A DNA stretch of 20,000 nt from an uncultured virus (IMG/VR IMGVR_UViG_3300044699_000169) (taxonomy: Duplodnaviria > Heunggongvirae > Uroviricota > Caudoviricetes), in IMG/VR virus record IMGVR_UViG_3300044699_000169; one strand, 5' to 3'. The notes below the pieces were generated by a model, which was not told the DNA's origin, ran no database searches, and worked only from the letters and a program-made list of their open reading frames with translations. Position 1 is the first letter of the stretch, and each line of letters begins with the position of its first letter. Positions 1-8,320 of the stretch are shown here, in pieces. The position numbers and the translations under genes are program-made.

Positions 1-769
1 CCGTGGCGACGGGCGTGCTGGTGATGCCGTCGTAGGCGATCAGAGTGATGTCCGGGACGACCGATCTGTTCACGGCGTTCGAGATGAAGAACAGCCAGAG
101 GCCGATCTCCGTGACATTGACCGTCACGGCCTGAGAGTTCGTAATGCCCGTCGTGATTTCCAGCGTCGTCGTCGAGGTATTCTGGACGCTGGTACGGACG
201 TTGTTCCTCGAGCTGATGATTGGACCGACCGGGGCAACCAGCGCGTTCCGCGTATGGCTCTCCAGGGGAACGCCGTTGCCGATCTGGAAGCCTGCTCCCG
301 ACAATTCGGGGTTGGCAGTCGCGCCGAATGACCCGGGAGAAAGACTGACTTCAGGCGTCAACCCGAGACCGCCGATGCCCGTCCCGTTGTTGAGCATGAC
401 GGTGACGCTGCCGCCGCCTGAATCCACCAATTGCACGTTCTGACCGAACAGGTTCCGAAGGATGCGGGCGAAGTTGCGGATGTAGGACCGGGACTCCCAC
501 TTCCTGGCGATCTGGAAATCCTTTTTTGGCGTGTAGACGCGGACTTCGCCCGTCAGTCGTCCGATGTGGCCGAAGCCTGCGATGTCCTTGACCGGCAGGA
601 CCGCGTTGAAGTCCTCCTCATTGACGCGCTCGAACCTCCGCTTCCCTGGGAACTGACGGAGGAAGGTCGTGTCGGGTTTTGCCTTCCCGACGCGAAAGAG
701 GGTCTTCAACTGTCTCTGAGAGAGCGGAACAATCGCCTCTCTGGGCTCAGTGATGAGCGAGGACGCCAT
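1..769 (-). CDS. Hypothetical protein, partial (>=256 aa, MASSLITEPREAIVPL...), Gly/Thr/Val-rich, possibly virion structural
   Basis: ATG at 769 after AAGGAG; frame open to the window edge (read by hand, not in ORF track). Confidence 0.75.
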   Translation of the reverse strand, partial: MASSLITEPREAIVPLSQRQLKTLFRVGKAKPDTTFLRQFPGKRRFERVNEEDFNAVLPVKDIAGFGHIGRLTGEVRVYTPKKDFQIARKWESRSYIRNFARILRNLFGQNVQLVDSGGGSVTVMLNNGTGIGGLGLTPEVSLSPGSFGATANPELSGAGFQIGNGVPLESHTRNALVAPVGPIISSRNNVRTSVQNTSTTTLEITTGITNSQAVTVNVTEIGLWLFFISNAVNRSVVPDITLIAYDGITSTPVAT

Positions 770-783
770 AAAAATTTCTCCTT

Positions 784-1128
784 CTACACGACGGACGTAG
801 ATGTAGCAACGCCCACCGTGGGCGCTTCGCCAGCGGGAACGTCGGGAGTTACGAGAGAGTTCGAGGTCAGCAGGGGAATGGACTGTAGCGCGTTTACGGA
901 GAGCGTCTCCGCAAACGCCACTCCAATCGTGGGCGTTTCTGCCGCCGGAGAGGAGACTGAACCAAGATCCGGCACCGCGATCAGGCTGCGCGCCAGTTGA
1001 ATGAGAGGCTGAGCGAACGCGATCTTCTGGACCCCGACCGTCATGGTGCCGCCCTGAGCAAAGGCGATGTCTCCCGCCCTCATCGCTCTCAGGGATTGAA
1101 TCTGCGGATCGGGGAGAAATTTGCTCAT
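784..1128 (-). CDS. Hypothetical protein (114 aa) with PT[IV]GVA motifs
   Basis: ORF track; tightly packed minus-strand gene run. Confidence 0.7.
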   Translation of the reverse strand: MSKFLPDPQIQSLRAMRAGDIAFAQGGTMTVGVQKIAFAQPLIQLARSLIAVPDLGSVSSPAAETPTIGVAFAETLSVNALQSIPLLTSNSLVTPDVPAGEAPTVGVATSTSVV

Positions 1129-1129
1129 G

Positions 1130-1246
1130 CTACACCACGCTCACCGTATGGCTCACGCCGACCGTCGGCGGCGGCGGCTCGACGATCTGCGGATTCGTGG
1201 ACGATGTATCCACAACGACGATCGGGCTTATGATCACGGTGCTCAT
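1130..1246 (-). CDS. Small hypothetical protein (38 aa, MSTVIISP...PTVGVSHTVSVV)
   Basis: ATGA overlap with upstream stop; C-terminus resembles that of the next gene. Confidence 0.55.
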   Translation of the reverse strand: MSTVIISPIVVVDTSSTNPQIVEPPPPTVGVSHTVSVV

Positions 1247-1545
1247 ACCGCGAACCCCTTTCCGGTCGGATACTCGACCGTCAGCTTGTCGATACCCCCG
1301 TCCGATCCGAGGTCCCCGATGCGCTGCTGGACGCACAGAAGCCGAAGGAAGTCGATCAGGGAAATCGTGACCGAACCCGTGGCAACGCACGCGGCATGGT
1401 GGACCATGACGTTCGACACCTGCCCATCGTGAGACGGGCTTCCGGTGGCCTTGTCGTTCCACACGTCCATGATCGGCTGCCCGCACACGTCGCACGCGAC
1501 GAGGGGTCTATCGAGGATTGAGTCCGAGTAGAGCTTGAAGGCCAT
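1243..1545 (-). CDS. Hypothetical protein with CxxC...HxxC putative Zn site
   Basis: ORF track; GGAGG SD. Confidence 0.75.
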   Translation of the reverse strand: MAFKLYSDSILDRPLVACDVCGQPIMDVWNDKATGSPSHDGQVSNVMVHHAACVATGSVTISLIDFLRLLCVQQRIGDLGSDGGIDKLTVEYPTGKGFAV

Positions 1546-1554
1546 TCGATCCTC

Positions 1555-1890
1555 CTACGGTCCGATATCCCAGCCATGGGGGCGCTCGCTGATGACGCCA
1601 AGGGTGGACGCTTTGACTGAGATGACGCGGCCCGCCGGCAGCACCATCGGTCCATGTTCGTAGGTCGATTGGGGCTGGATCGACAGTTTCGTCTCAACGT
1701 CCGCGTCCGTCCCAGCTGCCACGCTCGTCTTGTTCCAGATCGTGAGTTGGATCGAGGACAGGGAATCATTGTTCACGAAGCGAAGCACTGGGATATCGAA
1801 CTCATGATTGGCCGGAACAGGGCCAATGATGTTCGTTTCCACATCGGGAACAAGTCCCGGCGCAATGTCCAGGGCAACAGTCGTAGCCAC
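1555..1890 (-). CDS. Hypothetical protein (111 aa), beta-rich
   Basis: ORF track; GTG start overlapping upstream TAG; GGAGG SD. Confidence 0.75.
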   Translation of the reverse strand: MATTVALDIAPGLVPDVETNIIGPVPANHEFDIPVLRFVNNDSLSSIQLTIWNKTSVAAGTDADVETKLSIQPQSTYEHGPMVLPAGRVISVKASTLGVISERPHGWDIGP

Positions 1891-2120
1891 TAGCCGCCTC
1901 CAGTCACGCCGACGTTGTGGAACATGCTAAAGCGGAAGATGTCCCGGGGATCTATGGCGGCGGTCGGCGCGGTCGCATACTTGAGGCCCGTTGGAGATGT
2001 CGAATCCGCCGTCAGCACCGTTCCGTCGGGACCCGGCAAAAGGGGGGTCATGCTCGCGGCCCCGGGGACGCTGCTCCCAACCAGGATCGTGCCTTTGACC
2101 TGGGATTCTGGGAAGCTCAT
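1890..2120 (-). CDS. Hypothetical protein (76 aa) with tail-fibre-like GPDGTVLTADSTSPTGLKY segment
   Basis: ORF track; motif typical of phage fibre segments; TAGTAT 6 nt upstream of ATG. Confidence 0.7.
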   Translation of the reverse strand: MSFPESQVKGTILVGSSVPGAASMTPLLPGPDGTVLTADSTSPTGLKYATAPTAAIDPRDIFRFSMFHNVGVTGGG

Positions 2121-2129
2121 AAGACAATA

Positions 2130-2798
2130 CTATCCAAAAATCACGTCATCGAACAGCGCCAGCTGAAGGAAGACGTCGGCGTCCCCAGCGTCGTCTCTCT
2201 GGTCGAGCACCCTGGCGTAGTGCTCGGGAAACTTCTGCTTCATCAGCATGAGGCCCCTCTTGATGGCCGGAAGGTCCAGGACGTGCGCTTCGTCCCCCTC
2301 AGTGTCCCGAATGATAAGCTGACCCCCTGGGATCGTGGGGATCAGCTGCGACCAGTGGTAGTACTGCTCGGACCCATCTTCCCGGCGAGGCTGCATCCTG
2401 CCGCCTTCCTTGAAGTCGGCCATCTTGGTGCCAGGCGGAAGCTTTTTCCCGTCGATCCGGTACCAATAGTTCGATCCACCTTCGAAGGCATTGGAGAGAA
2501 GGTCCCGAACCATCTGTTCGGTCTTCGGATCGAGGCGCTCCTCCACGCGGGACACGTCCGGGCGACCTTTCTCGAGGATCCCGAAACGATCGCCCAGGGT
2601 GCTCTTGAGTTGCTCGAGGGAAAGGGACATCGACTCGTCGATCACGCTGATCGACGGCTCGGTGATCTCTCCGGCGGCTGCGTACTCCCCCAGGAGATCC
2701 TTGAGCTCGTTGAATTCTGAGTTCGTGAGTTTCGCGAAATACCCATCCGGACCGTCGCCGGTCACGAACCTGACGTCGTAGATGTCACGCTTGGACAT
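2130..2798 (-). CDS. Hypothetical phage protein (222 aa, MSKRDIYDVRF...)
   Basis: Probable start at 2798, adjacent to upstream stop; high-GC3 codons. Confidence 0.8.
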   Translation of the reverse strand: MSKRDIYDVRFVTGDGPDGYFAKLTNSEFNELKDLLGEYAAAGEITEPSISVIDESMSLSLEQLKSTLGDRFGILEKGRPDVSRVEERLDPKTEQMVRDLLSNAFEGGSNYWYRIDGKKLPPGTKMADFKEGGRMQPRREDGSEQYYHWSQLIPTIPGGQLIIRDTEGDEAHVLDLPAIKRGLMLMKQKFPEHYARVLDQRDDAGDADVFLQLALFDDVIFG

Positions 2799-2799
2799 C

Positions 2800-3189
2800 T
2801 CAACTCTCGATCTCGAAACCCATGGCCTGGAGCTCCTCGGCAGAGATGTCCTCGTACTGGCCGATGAAGGCTTCGCCATCCTCGAGCGTGGTGTAGACGT
2901 GCTCACGACGGAGCTCTTTTCCGGTGGCGTCGATCAGAGCTTCGGAGAGGGCTTCCAGGTACTCGTCCACGATCTCCCCTTCGAAGCCTTCCTTCGCAGC
3001 CTCATTCCACTCCTTGGACGGGAAGGCTTCGCGCGCCATACGCTCAATGGTCTGGTAGGATCCGATCCAGTGCATCCGGTCGATGCGGTTCTTTTCCGTG
3101 CGTCGCCACTTCTCCGCACGAAGATCGGAAAGAAGGCCGGGAATGTCCCACTGACGCCGGATCGTCGTCAGGAGCTTCTTCTGGTTCAT
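2800..3189 (-). CDS. Hypothetical protein (129 aa, acidic C-terminus)
   Basis: ORF track; GGAG SD. Confidence 0.8.
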   Translation of the reverse strand: MNQKKLLTTIRRQWDIPGLLSDLRAEKWRRTEKNRIDRMHWIGSYQTIERMAREAFPSKEWNEAAKEGFEGEIVDEYLEALSEALIDATGKELRREHVYTTLEDGEAFIGQYEDISAEELQAMGFEIES

Positions 3190-3233
3190 GATCCGGCCAC
3201 TCTCCGATCGTCCACGATGGAAACGGCCTTCTC

Positions 3234-3605
3234 TTAGAAGAAGAAGCTTCCGCTGTAGGGCCTCACGTAGAGAACCGGCTGGCGAGGAACGGCCGGCTGC
3301 TCAGGCTCGCAGATGAACCGCTCTTCGCCGTCCTCTTCTTCCGTCTTCTTGCAGATGTAGCGCGGCCGCGCAGGCTCGGCAGGCGGATAGAAGTACGGCT
3401 GATTCCAGTAGAAGGGGTAGCTCGGACCGGAGAAGAACGTCGGGAAGAACGGGAATCTGCCGAAATTGGTACCGGTGTCGCTCGTGTTCCCGTCGGAAGG
3501 CGCTGGGGAGGACGAAGGGCCTGGGGAAGCTGCTGGGGAAGGCCCTCCGTTCTGGCCAAGCCTCACGGAAACCTGGGGAAGGAAGCCCTGTCTCGTCATA
3601 TGCAT
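3234..3605 (-). CDS. Pro/aromatic-rich hypothetical protein with FLPQVSVRLGQ leader
   Basis: ORF track; GAGGGAG SD; TATCTT -10 upstream. Confidence 0.7.
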   Translation of the reverse strand: MHMTRQGFLPQVSVRLGQNGGPSPAASPGPSSSPAPSDGNTSDTGTNFGRFPFFPTFFSGPSYPFYWNQPYFYPPAEPARPRYICKKTEEEDGEERFICEPEQPAVPRQPVLYVRPYSGSFFF

Positions 3606-3654
3606 TCTCCCTCTATCCCATCAAGATACCATCCGCCAAGTTCAAAAGGTAGGG

Positions 3655-4239
3655 TTACGCGTTAAGTTCGACGACGTTGTCGCTCGAGTCGAGGATCGCG
3701 TAGCCGCCATCCCAGCCGGGCTGGGTGAAGCCGCCGTCGCTCATGGCGTGATCGGCTGGATCCACCGTACATCCGAAGGGGCCTGAGCGTCGGTTGATGG
3801 GTCCGGTCCTCGGGCCCACGTACTCGACCCAGTAGGTGTTCTCGTGACCCGACTCTTCTGGCGGCGCGCCCCAGACCGTCTCTGAAGGATGCCGGTTGCT
3901 CCAGGTGGCGATCACGATCTGGCCGTTGCAGTCGTCGGGATCGCAGAAATCCCAGCCCTTTTCAGGCTTGACGAGATCTCCCTCCCAGCCTTCGACACGG
4001 ACCCGGAAGCGGTCCTTCTTGAGGTAGATCGCCGACTGACGCCGGCTTGGGAAGACCTGGATGCTTCCCCAGTGGTAACGCTGTATGCGCGGACCGGTGG
4101 CGACGATCACGCGCTCAAGCACCTTTCGGCGTTCTGGGTTGGTTTTTTCCTCTTCCTTGAGCTTCATCGCGATGATCTCGCACTGCGACTCACCGCTCAT
4201 GCAGCTGATCCGCCCGGATCGTGCTGGGGCGCCACTCAT
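3655..4239 (-). CDS. Hypothetical protein (~194 aa)
   Basis: ORF track; ATG 4239 preceded by GAGAGG. Confidence 0.7.
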   Translation of the reverse strand: MSGAPARSGRISCMSGESQCEIIAMKLKEEEKTNPERRKVLERVIVATGPRIQRYHWGSIQVFPSRRQSAIYLKKDRFRVRVEGWEGDLVKPEKGWDFCDPDDCNGQIVIATWSNRHPSETVWGAPPEESGHENTYWVEYVGPRTGPINRRSGPFGCTVDPADHAMSDGGFTQPGWDGGYAILDSSDNVVELNA

Positions 4240-4303
4240 GAATGACCTCTCAATCGTTCCCAAAAGAATAGCATGAAGACGCGTCCGTCTCCACGCTTAC
4301 CCG

Positions 4304-4573
4304 TCACGAGAAAGCTTCCTCTCGAGCTCGATCAGGTCCCGGAAGCTCTATCTTCAGGATTTCTCCGGAAAGAATTAGAGCATGGAGCTGCTCCATTCTG
4401 TCGGGCTTTCCGAGGTAGTAATCCTGGATCGCTCCGGCCTTTTTGTACTTCTCGAGCATCTTAGCGATCTCTTCAGCCTGCCCCATAGTGAGCTCGGCGA
4501 TGAAGGGCTTCGTTTCGTAGGTCGGAAACTTCAGACGGGCAACGAAGGAGAGTTTTCTAGCCGCAGGAGCCAC
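4304..4573 (-). CDS. Hypothetical protein (~89 aa)
   Basis: GTG overlapping upstream TAG; within ORF 4304..4639. Confidence 0.6.
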   Translation of the reverse strand: MAPAARKLSFVARLKFPTYETKPFIAELTMGQAEEIAKMLEKYKKAGAIQDYYLGKPDRMEQLHALILSGEILKIELPGPDRAREEAFS

Positions 4574-4800
4574 TAGATCACCACCGCCCATCCGGACAAC
4601 CGAATCAAGTCGCTGAAACTGCAATTTGCGCGCTTGCACGAAAACAGCGCCATCAGGGTTCCGTCCTCGTTGATGTTGTCAAGTTCGACCAAGACGATCC
4701 CTGAACAATCAGGGCAGGAGAAGAAAACCCTCTTCTTCCCGGTCTTCCAGAGATACCAGGTGCCCGCCGTAAGGGCAGTGTCGTATCGCAAGTCCCGCAC
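4573..4800 (-). CDS. Small zinc-ribbon protein (CPDC...CKRANC)
   Basis: AAGGAGG SD; two Cys pairs. Confidence 0.75.
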   Translation of the reverse strand: MRDLRYDTALTAGTWYLWKTGKKRVFFSCPDCSGIVLVELDNINEDGTLMALFSCKRANCSFSDLIRLSGWAVVI

Positions 4801-4904
4801 TTCTTGGGCCTCCTTAACCAGAAGGCCCCCGGTCGCATGTTCATTTTACGAGAACCTGAGCTCGAGAGCTAGATTCGAAGAGAAGAGGACTGGCGTGAGA
4901 TTTT

Positions 4905-5254
4905 TGGTGGAGGCGGCGGGAGTCGCACCCGCGTCCTGGAGAGATTCACGAAGGCGTCTACGCGCGTAGGCGGCGATTTGTTCTCGGTCTCGGGACGATC
5001 ACCGCCGATCTTCCGTCGACCATATTCCGGATTGTTTCTTGGAAACCCTTTCCCGGACTCTTCGGGCTTCCCAGCCGATTTTTAACGTCGCATCCCGCCG
5101 ATCGGCGTAAGCTGGCGCGACGTCGCGGTCAGGCCGCGAGGGACAGCTGGCGCTTGCCAGTTAGGGTTTTGGTCTCGTTTTTACGCAGCCTCGAGACCGA
5201 CTGCGGCGCGCGGCTTGTCCGATCCGCACTCCAGTCGAAAACTAGTTCGCCCCC
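4905..5254 (-). ncRNA. ssrA: tmRNA, tag (A)GKRQLSLAA
   Basis: 5' GGGGGCG pairs with 3' CGCCTCC-ACCA (G3:U70); T-arm; pk1 (GCAGTC/GGCTGC, GGTCTCG/CGAGACC); TAACT then GGC AAG CGC CAG CTG TCC CTC GCG GCC TGA; 350 nt. Confidence 0.95.
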
Positions 5255-5312
5255 GGTTTAGAAAGATCGACGCTCGGACGTTTTCGTCCAAGCAGTTTAA
5301 TGTTCTTCTGTT

Positions 5313-5636
5313 CTATCGAACGAAGTACCAGCGGAGCGGGAAAGTCCGCGCCGCGGTCGGGGCGAGGATGCCCGTCAGCCCGATCAGGGCCGCCAGTCCC
5401 GCCGCGACCCCGCCCGCCCATCCGGCAACCTTGAGGAAGCCCTTATCCGTATGCGTGGCGGTGTAGATCGACGCATACGAGGCGGCCGCCGCGAGGCTCG
5501 TCCAGATGATGCCTTCAGGGACCAGCGGAGGCTGTATCACCGGTTCATCGGCAAGGATGGGCACGGCCTGTGCGAGACGAGCCGGCCGATACGCTGGGGG
5601 CTGAAACGCGACGGGCCTGAAAGTTGGAGCGTACAT
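5313..5636 (-). CDS. Small membrane protein (107 aa, two hydrophobic helices) with ...ARLAQ leader
   Basis: AAGGAGG SD before ATG 5636. Confidence 0.75.
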   Translation of the reverse strand: MYAPTFRPVAFQPPAYRPARLAQAVPILADEPVIQPPLVPEGIIWTSLAAAASYASIYTATHTDKGFLKVAGWAGGVAAGLAALIGLTGILAPTAARTFPLRWYFVR

Positions 5637-5691
5637 GAATTGTTTCCTCCTTACCCCCATATCCTATCCTTAACCGATCAGCAACGGAAAG

Positions 5692-5725
5692 AAAAACAGC
5701 CCGGACGTTTCCATCCGGGCTGTTT
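5692..5725 (-). terminator. Intrinsic terminator closing the tRNA/HNH operon
   Basis: AAACAGCCCGGA/TCCGGGCTGTTT 12-bp stem followed by a T-run on the minus strand. Confidence 0.8.
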
Positions 5726-5742
5726 CGATCCGCGTCTGACGA

Positions 5743-6354
5743 TCAGGGTTCGAGCTCGACCTCCCAGTATGCACGGCCGAGGAACTGCTCCCAGCTCTCG
5801 CGCCGGGCCTTGGGATGGACCTGGGCGAGCGTCTTCCAGCTTGGCTTCTTCGGCGTCTTGCGAGGAGTCATCCCGGCCTGCTCGAGCGTCTTGTCGGCCT
5901 TGCGCTTGTTGCACTCGACGCACGCGAGCAGACAGTTCTCCCAGGTCGACGTCCCGCCGCGGCTCCGAGGAATCACATGGTCGATCGTGAGCTCCTCCGG
6001 ACCCGGCTGCTTCCCGCAGTACTGGCAGGTGTATCGGTCGCGCTTGAAGATGTTCTTCCGCGAGAAGACCACCGACCGCTCGCCACGTCCTTCGTACTCC
6101 GTGAGGACGACCACCTCGGGCGGGACGATCGCCAGATGCTGGGAGCGGATCAGGCCGTCGCCGACGACCTTCATCGCCTTGGAGACTTCTCCCCAGGAAA
6201 TCAGGTCATGCCGGTCGAACGTGGCCGGGTCGATGACGAAAGCCGATCCCTTGGCGACCAGGCCGATCGCGTCCTTGACGGACGTCGTCTGGATGGGATC
6301 CCAGCGCCGGTTCAGCACCAGCACCGTGCGGTCGAGCGCCTTCAAGGCCTCCAC
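5743..6354 (-). CDS. HNH endonuclease (McrA-like, 203 aa)
   Basis: VLVLN...RD.YTCQYCG...TIDHVIPRSRGG...WEN...C..CN motif; AAGGAGG SD before GTG 6354. Confidence 0.92.
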   Translation of the reverse strand: MEALKALDRTVLVLNRRWDPIQTTSVKDAIGLVAKGSAFVIDPATFDRHDLISWGEVSKAMKVVGDGLIRSQHLAIVPPEVVVLTEYEGRGERSVVFSRKNIFKRDRYTCQYCGKQPGPEELTIDHVIPRSRGGTSTWENCLLACVECNKRKADKTLEQAGMTPRKTPKKPSWKTLAQVHPKARRESWEQFLGRAYWEVELEP

Positions 6355-6410
6355 GGGCCACCTCCTTGCAGACCTGAGAAAATCGGGCTGGAACGATTCT
6401 ATCTCGATTC

Positions 6411-6485
6411 TGGTACCCCGGCCAGGAGTCGCGCCTGGACTTGCGGCTTCGGAGACCGCCGTGCGATCTGTTACACCACCGGGGC
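6411..6485 (-). tRNA. tRNA-Arg(CCG)
   Basis: Cloverleaf, loop CT-CCG-AA, CCA end. Confidence 0.9.
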
Positions 6486-6746
6486 CTGCTCGAGGTATTC
6501 GACGATCACGTCTCCGTGGCATGACATCGGATGGCAGTGGCATCCGAGCTTTTTCCCACGAAGCGCTTCCACATTGGCGCGGAAGGCGTGATCGTTCTTG
6601 ATCTTGAAGTTGAAATCGGCCCGGTAGAGCCGAATCACCTCTTGGCGATCACCATCCGGGCCAAGCATGTACGGATTCCCGAACGTGGATCCGCGTCCGA
6701 TGTAGACGTCGCAGGGGCTGTACCGAATATTGACGACTTGAGTCAC
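6471..6746 (-). CDS. DUF4326 family protein
   Basis: DVYIGRGS.FGNPY...LRGKKLGCHCHP..CHGDV motif. Confidence 0.85.
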   Translation of the reverse strand: MTQVVNIRYSPCDVYIGRGSTFGNPYMLGPDGDRQEVIRLYRADFNFKIKNDHAFRANVEALRGKKLGCHCHPMSCHGDVIVEYLEQAPVV

Positions 6747-6765
6747 CGTACCCAGTATACAATCT

Positions 6766-6841
6766 TGGAACCCCCACCAGGAGTCGCACCTGGACCTCGC
6801 ACGTTCGAAGCGTGCGATGCGATCTGCTACACCATGGGGGC
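6766..6841 (-). tRNA. tRNA-Arg(TCG)
   Basis: Loop CT-TCG-AA, CCA. Confidence 0.9.
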
Positions 6842-6844
6842 GTG

Positions 6845-6919
6845 TGGTCTCCCAGGAGGGAATCGAACCCTCACCTCCACCTTCGCAGAGTGGCGGGCAA
6901 TCCGTTACCCCACCGGGAG
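6845..6919 (-). tRNA. tRNA-Arg(GCG)
   Basis: Loop CT-GCG-AA, CCA. Confidence 0.88.
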
Positions 6920-6927
6920 ATGAATCT

Positions 6928-7001
6928 TGGAGCCCCCGCCCGGAGTCGCACCGGGCCTTGCGATGTAGGAGATCGCCGGGCGTCTACTACCCCACGGGGG
7001 C
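6928..7001 (-). tRNA. tRNA-Arg(CCT)
   Basis: Loop CT-CCT-AC, CCA. Confidence 0.88.
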
Positions 7002-7002
7002 T

Positions 7003-7079
7003 TGGTCAGGGACCCCGGACTCGCACCGGGCCTATGCCTGCTTCCAAGGCAGGTAGGGCGCTATCTCCCCATGTCCCTG
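7003..7079 (-). tRNA. tRNA-Pro(TGG)
   Basis: Loop CT-TGG-AA, C1:G72, CCA. Confidence 0.88.
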
Positions 7080-7085
7080 AAATAT

Positions 7086-7161
7086 TGGTGGGCCGTGCGA
7101 GTGTCGATCTCGCGTCAGGCGTTTATGAGACGCTCGCTCTTTGCCGTTGAGCTAACGGCCC
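7086..7161 (-). tRNA. tRNA(CAT), probably Ile2 (lysidine)
   Basis: Loop CT-CAT-AA; C4:G69 and C5:G68 TilS-type determinants. Confidence 0.8.
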
Positions 7162-7171
7162 TCGAGAATAT

Positions 7172-7251
7172 TGGTCCGGGCGGCAGGATTTGAACCTGCG
7201 TTACTCCTGTATCCGAAACAGGCGGGTTAAGCCAGGCTACCCCACGCCCGG
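7172..7251 (-). tRNA. tRNA-Pro(CGG)
   Basis: Loop TT-CGG-AT, CCA. Confidence 0.9.
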
Positions 7252-7259
7252 ATGAAGTT

Positions 7260-7337
7260 TGGTACACGGGGCGGGATTCGAACCCGCACTACCGACGTTC
7301 TCAGCGTCGTGACTCCTGCCAGTTGGTCTACCCGTGC
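7260..7337 (-). tRNA. tRNA-Leu(GAG), short variable loop
   Basis: Loop CT-GAG-AA, CCA. Confidence 0.9.
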
Positions 7338-7426
7338 AAGTGTTTTTCGAGTAACTTTTTTTGCCCTTCTGGCTCACTTTTGAACAACATACCTTCCCGG
7401 AGAGAGGGGCCCAGTTCCCTATCTCT

Positions 7427-7471
7427 GAGGCCGCAGGGATCGCCAGACCTCTGCGGCCTCGTTTTTTTTTT
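7427..7471 (+). terminator. Plus-strand intrinsic terminator (antisense to the array)
   Basis: GAGGCCGCAG...CTGCGGCCTC stem followed by ~10 T. Confidence 0.65.
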
Positions 7472-7544
7472 GGTGCCCCGCGAGGGAGTTGCACCCCCAT
7501 CACCTGTATGTGAGACAGGCATTCTGCTGTTGAAATAGCGGGGC
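7471..7544 (-). tRNA. tRNA-Val(CAC)
   Basis: Loop CT-CAC-AT, CCA. Confidence 0.9.
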
Positions 7545-7545
7545 T

Positions 7546-7628
7546 TGGTGCGGTCGAGAGGATTCGGACCTCCACCCTTTCGGACTGGCTTCTGAGACCA
7601 GCGCGTCTACCAGTTCCGCCACGACCGC
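7546..7628 (-). tRNA. tRNA-Leu(CAG)
   Basis: Loop CT-CAG-AA, variable arm with GAAA loop. Confidence 0.92.
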
Positions 7629-7636
7629 AAATCTTT

Positions 7637-7712
7637 TGGTGGGCCTGGAGGGATTTGCACCCCCAAAATCTCGCTCCTAAGGCGAGCGCGTATGCTGTTC
7701 CGCCACAGGCCC
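7637..7712 (-). tRNA. tRNA-Leu(TAG), short variable loop
   Basis: Loop CT-TAG-GA, CCA. Confidence 0.9.
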
Positions 7713-7716
7713 GGGA

Positions 7717-7793
7717 TGGTGCCGCCGGCGGGACTCGCACCCGCAAGATCCCGGTTTTGAATCGGGCGCGTCTGCTAGTTGCGCCACGGCGGC
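7717..7793 (-). tRNA. tRNA-Leu(CAA), short variable loop
   Basis: Loop TT-CAA-AA, CCA. Confidence 0.88.
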
Positions 7794-7800
7794 AAATTAT

Positions 7801-8172
7801 TCAGGCGGAAGAAGCTCTCCAAGCCCTGTTGTATGCAACGCTGACTTCCCGGCATGGTGTACAACGACAGCCTCTACGATATCCGGTTCTCGTGCCGTGC
7901 CGAATTGGCCTCCAGCGTTCTTTGGCAGTCTTCTTTCGGTGGCACCGATCGCAAAGTACTTGGCACTTTGTAAGCTCCGCGTTTCGCCTGGCTTCGGACC
8001 AAGACCAGACCCGATGGGTTACTTTTCTGGAAGGATCTTTATGATCAACCTTCAGATCCCTCCAGGATCCACAGTGCCTACATGGACCATTCTTCTTGAT
8101 CCACGTTGATTTTCGGCGAGCGATCCATTCACGCTGGTATGACCGTTGCTGCCGGACACTTCCATAAGGCAT
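7801..8172 (-). CDS. Small HNH endonuclease with C-terminal HGT...GCRC..C Zn module
   Basis: CRHCG...VDHKDP...KCQVLCDRCH motif; SD and TACAAT upstream. Confidence 0.85.
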   Translation of the reverse strand: MPYGSVRQQRSYQREWIARRKSTWIKKNGPCRHCGSWRDLKVDHKDPSRKVTHRVWSWSEARRNAELTKCQVLCDRCHRKKTAKERWRPIRHGTRTGYRRGCRCTPCREVSVAYNRAWRASSA

Positions 8173-8232
8173 GAAACCCCCTCAACCCCACGATGCTGGG
8201 ATTGTACAGGAGGATCCGAAAGAACTCAATTT

Positions 8233-8320
8233 TGGTGCGCTCGGAGGGACTTGCACCCTCAAAAGCCCGGGTAAGAGCCGGGGGGCTGTCGATTTCCGCG
8301 GGGTCGGACGTGTTAAGCGC
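8233..8320 (-). tRNA. tRNA-Lys(CTT), 5' half disrupted
   Basis: Intact anticodon arm (CT-CTT-AC), T-arm and ACCA; D-arm region replaced by duplicated sequence. Confidence 0.6.

Noticed and set aside
144..6601. Long plus-strand ORFs (431..1000, 1917..2720, 5810..6601, 5815..6591)
   Set aside because: Antisense shadows of GC-rich minus-strand genes.
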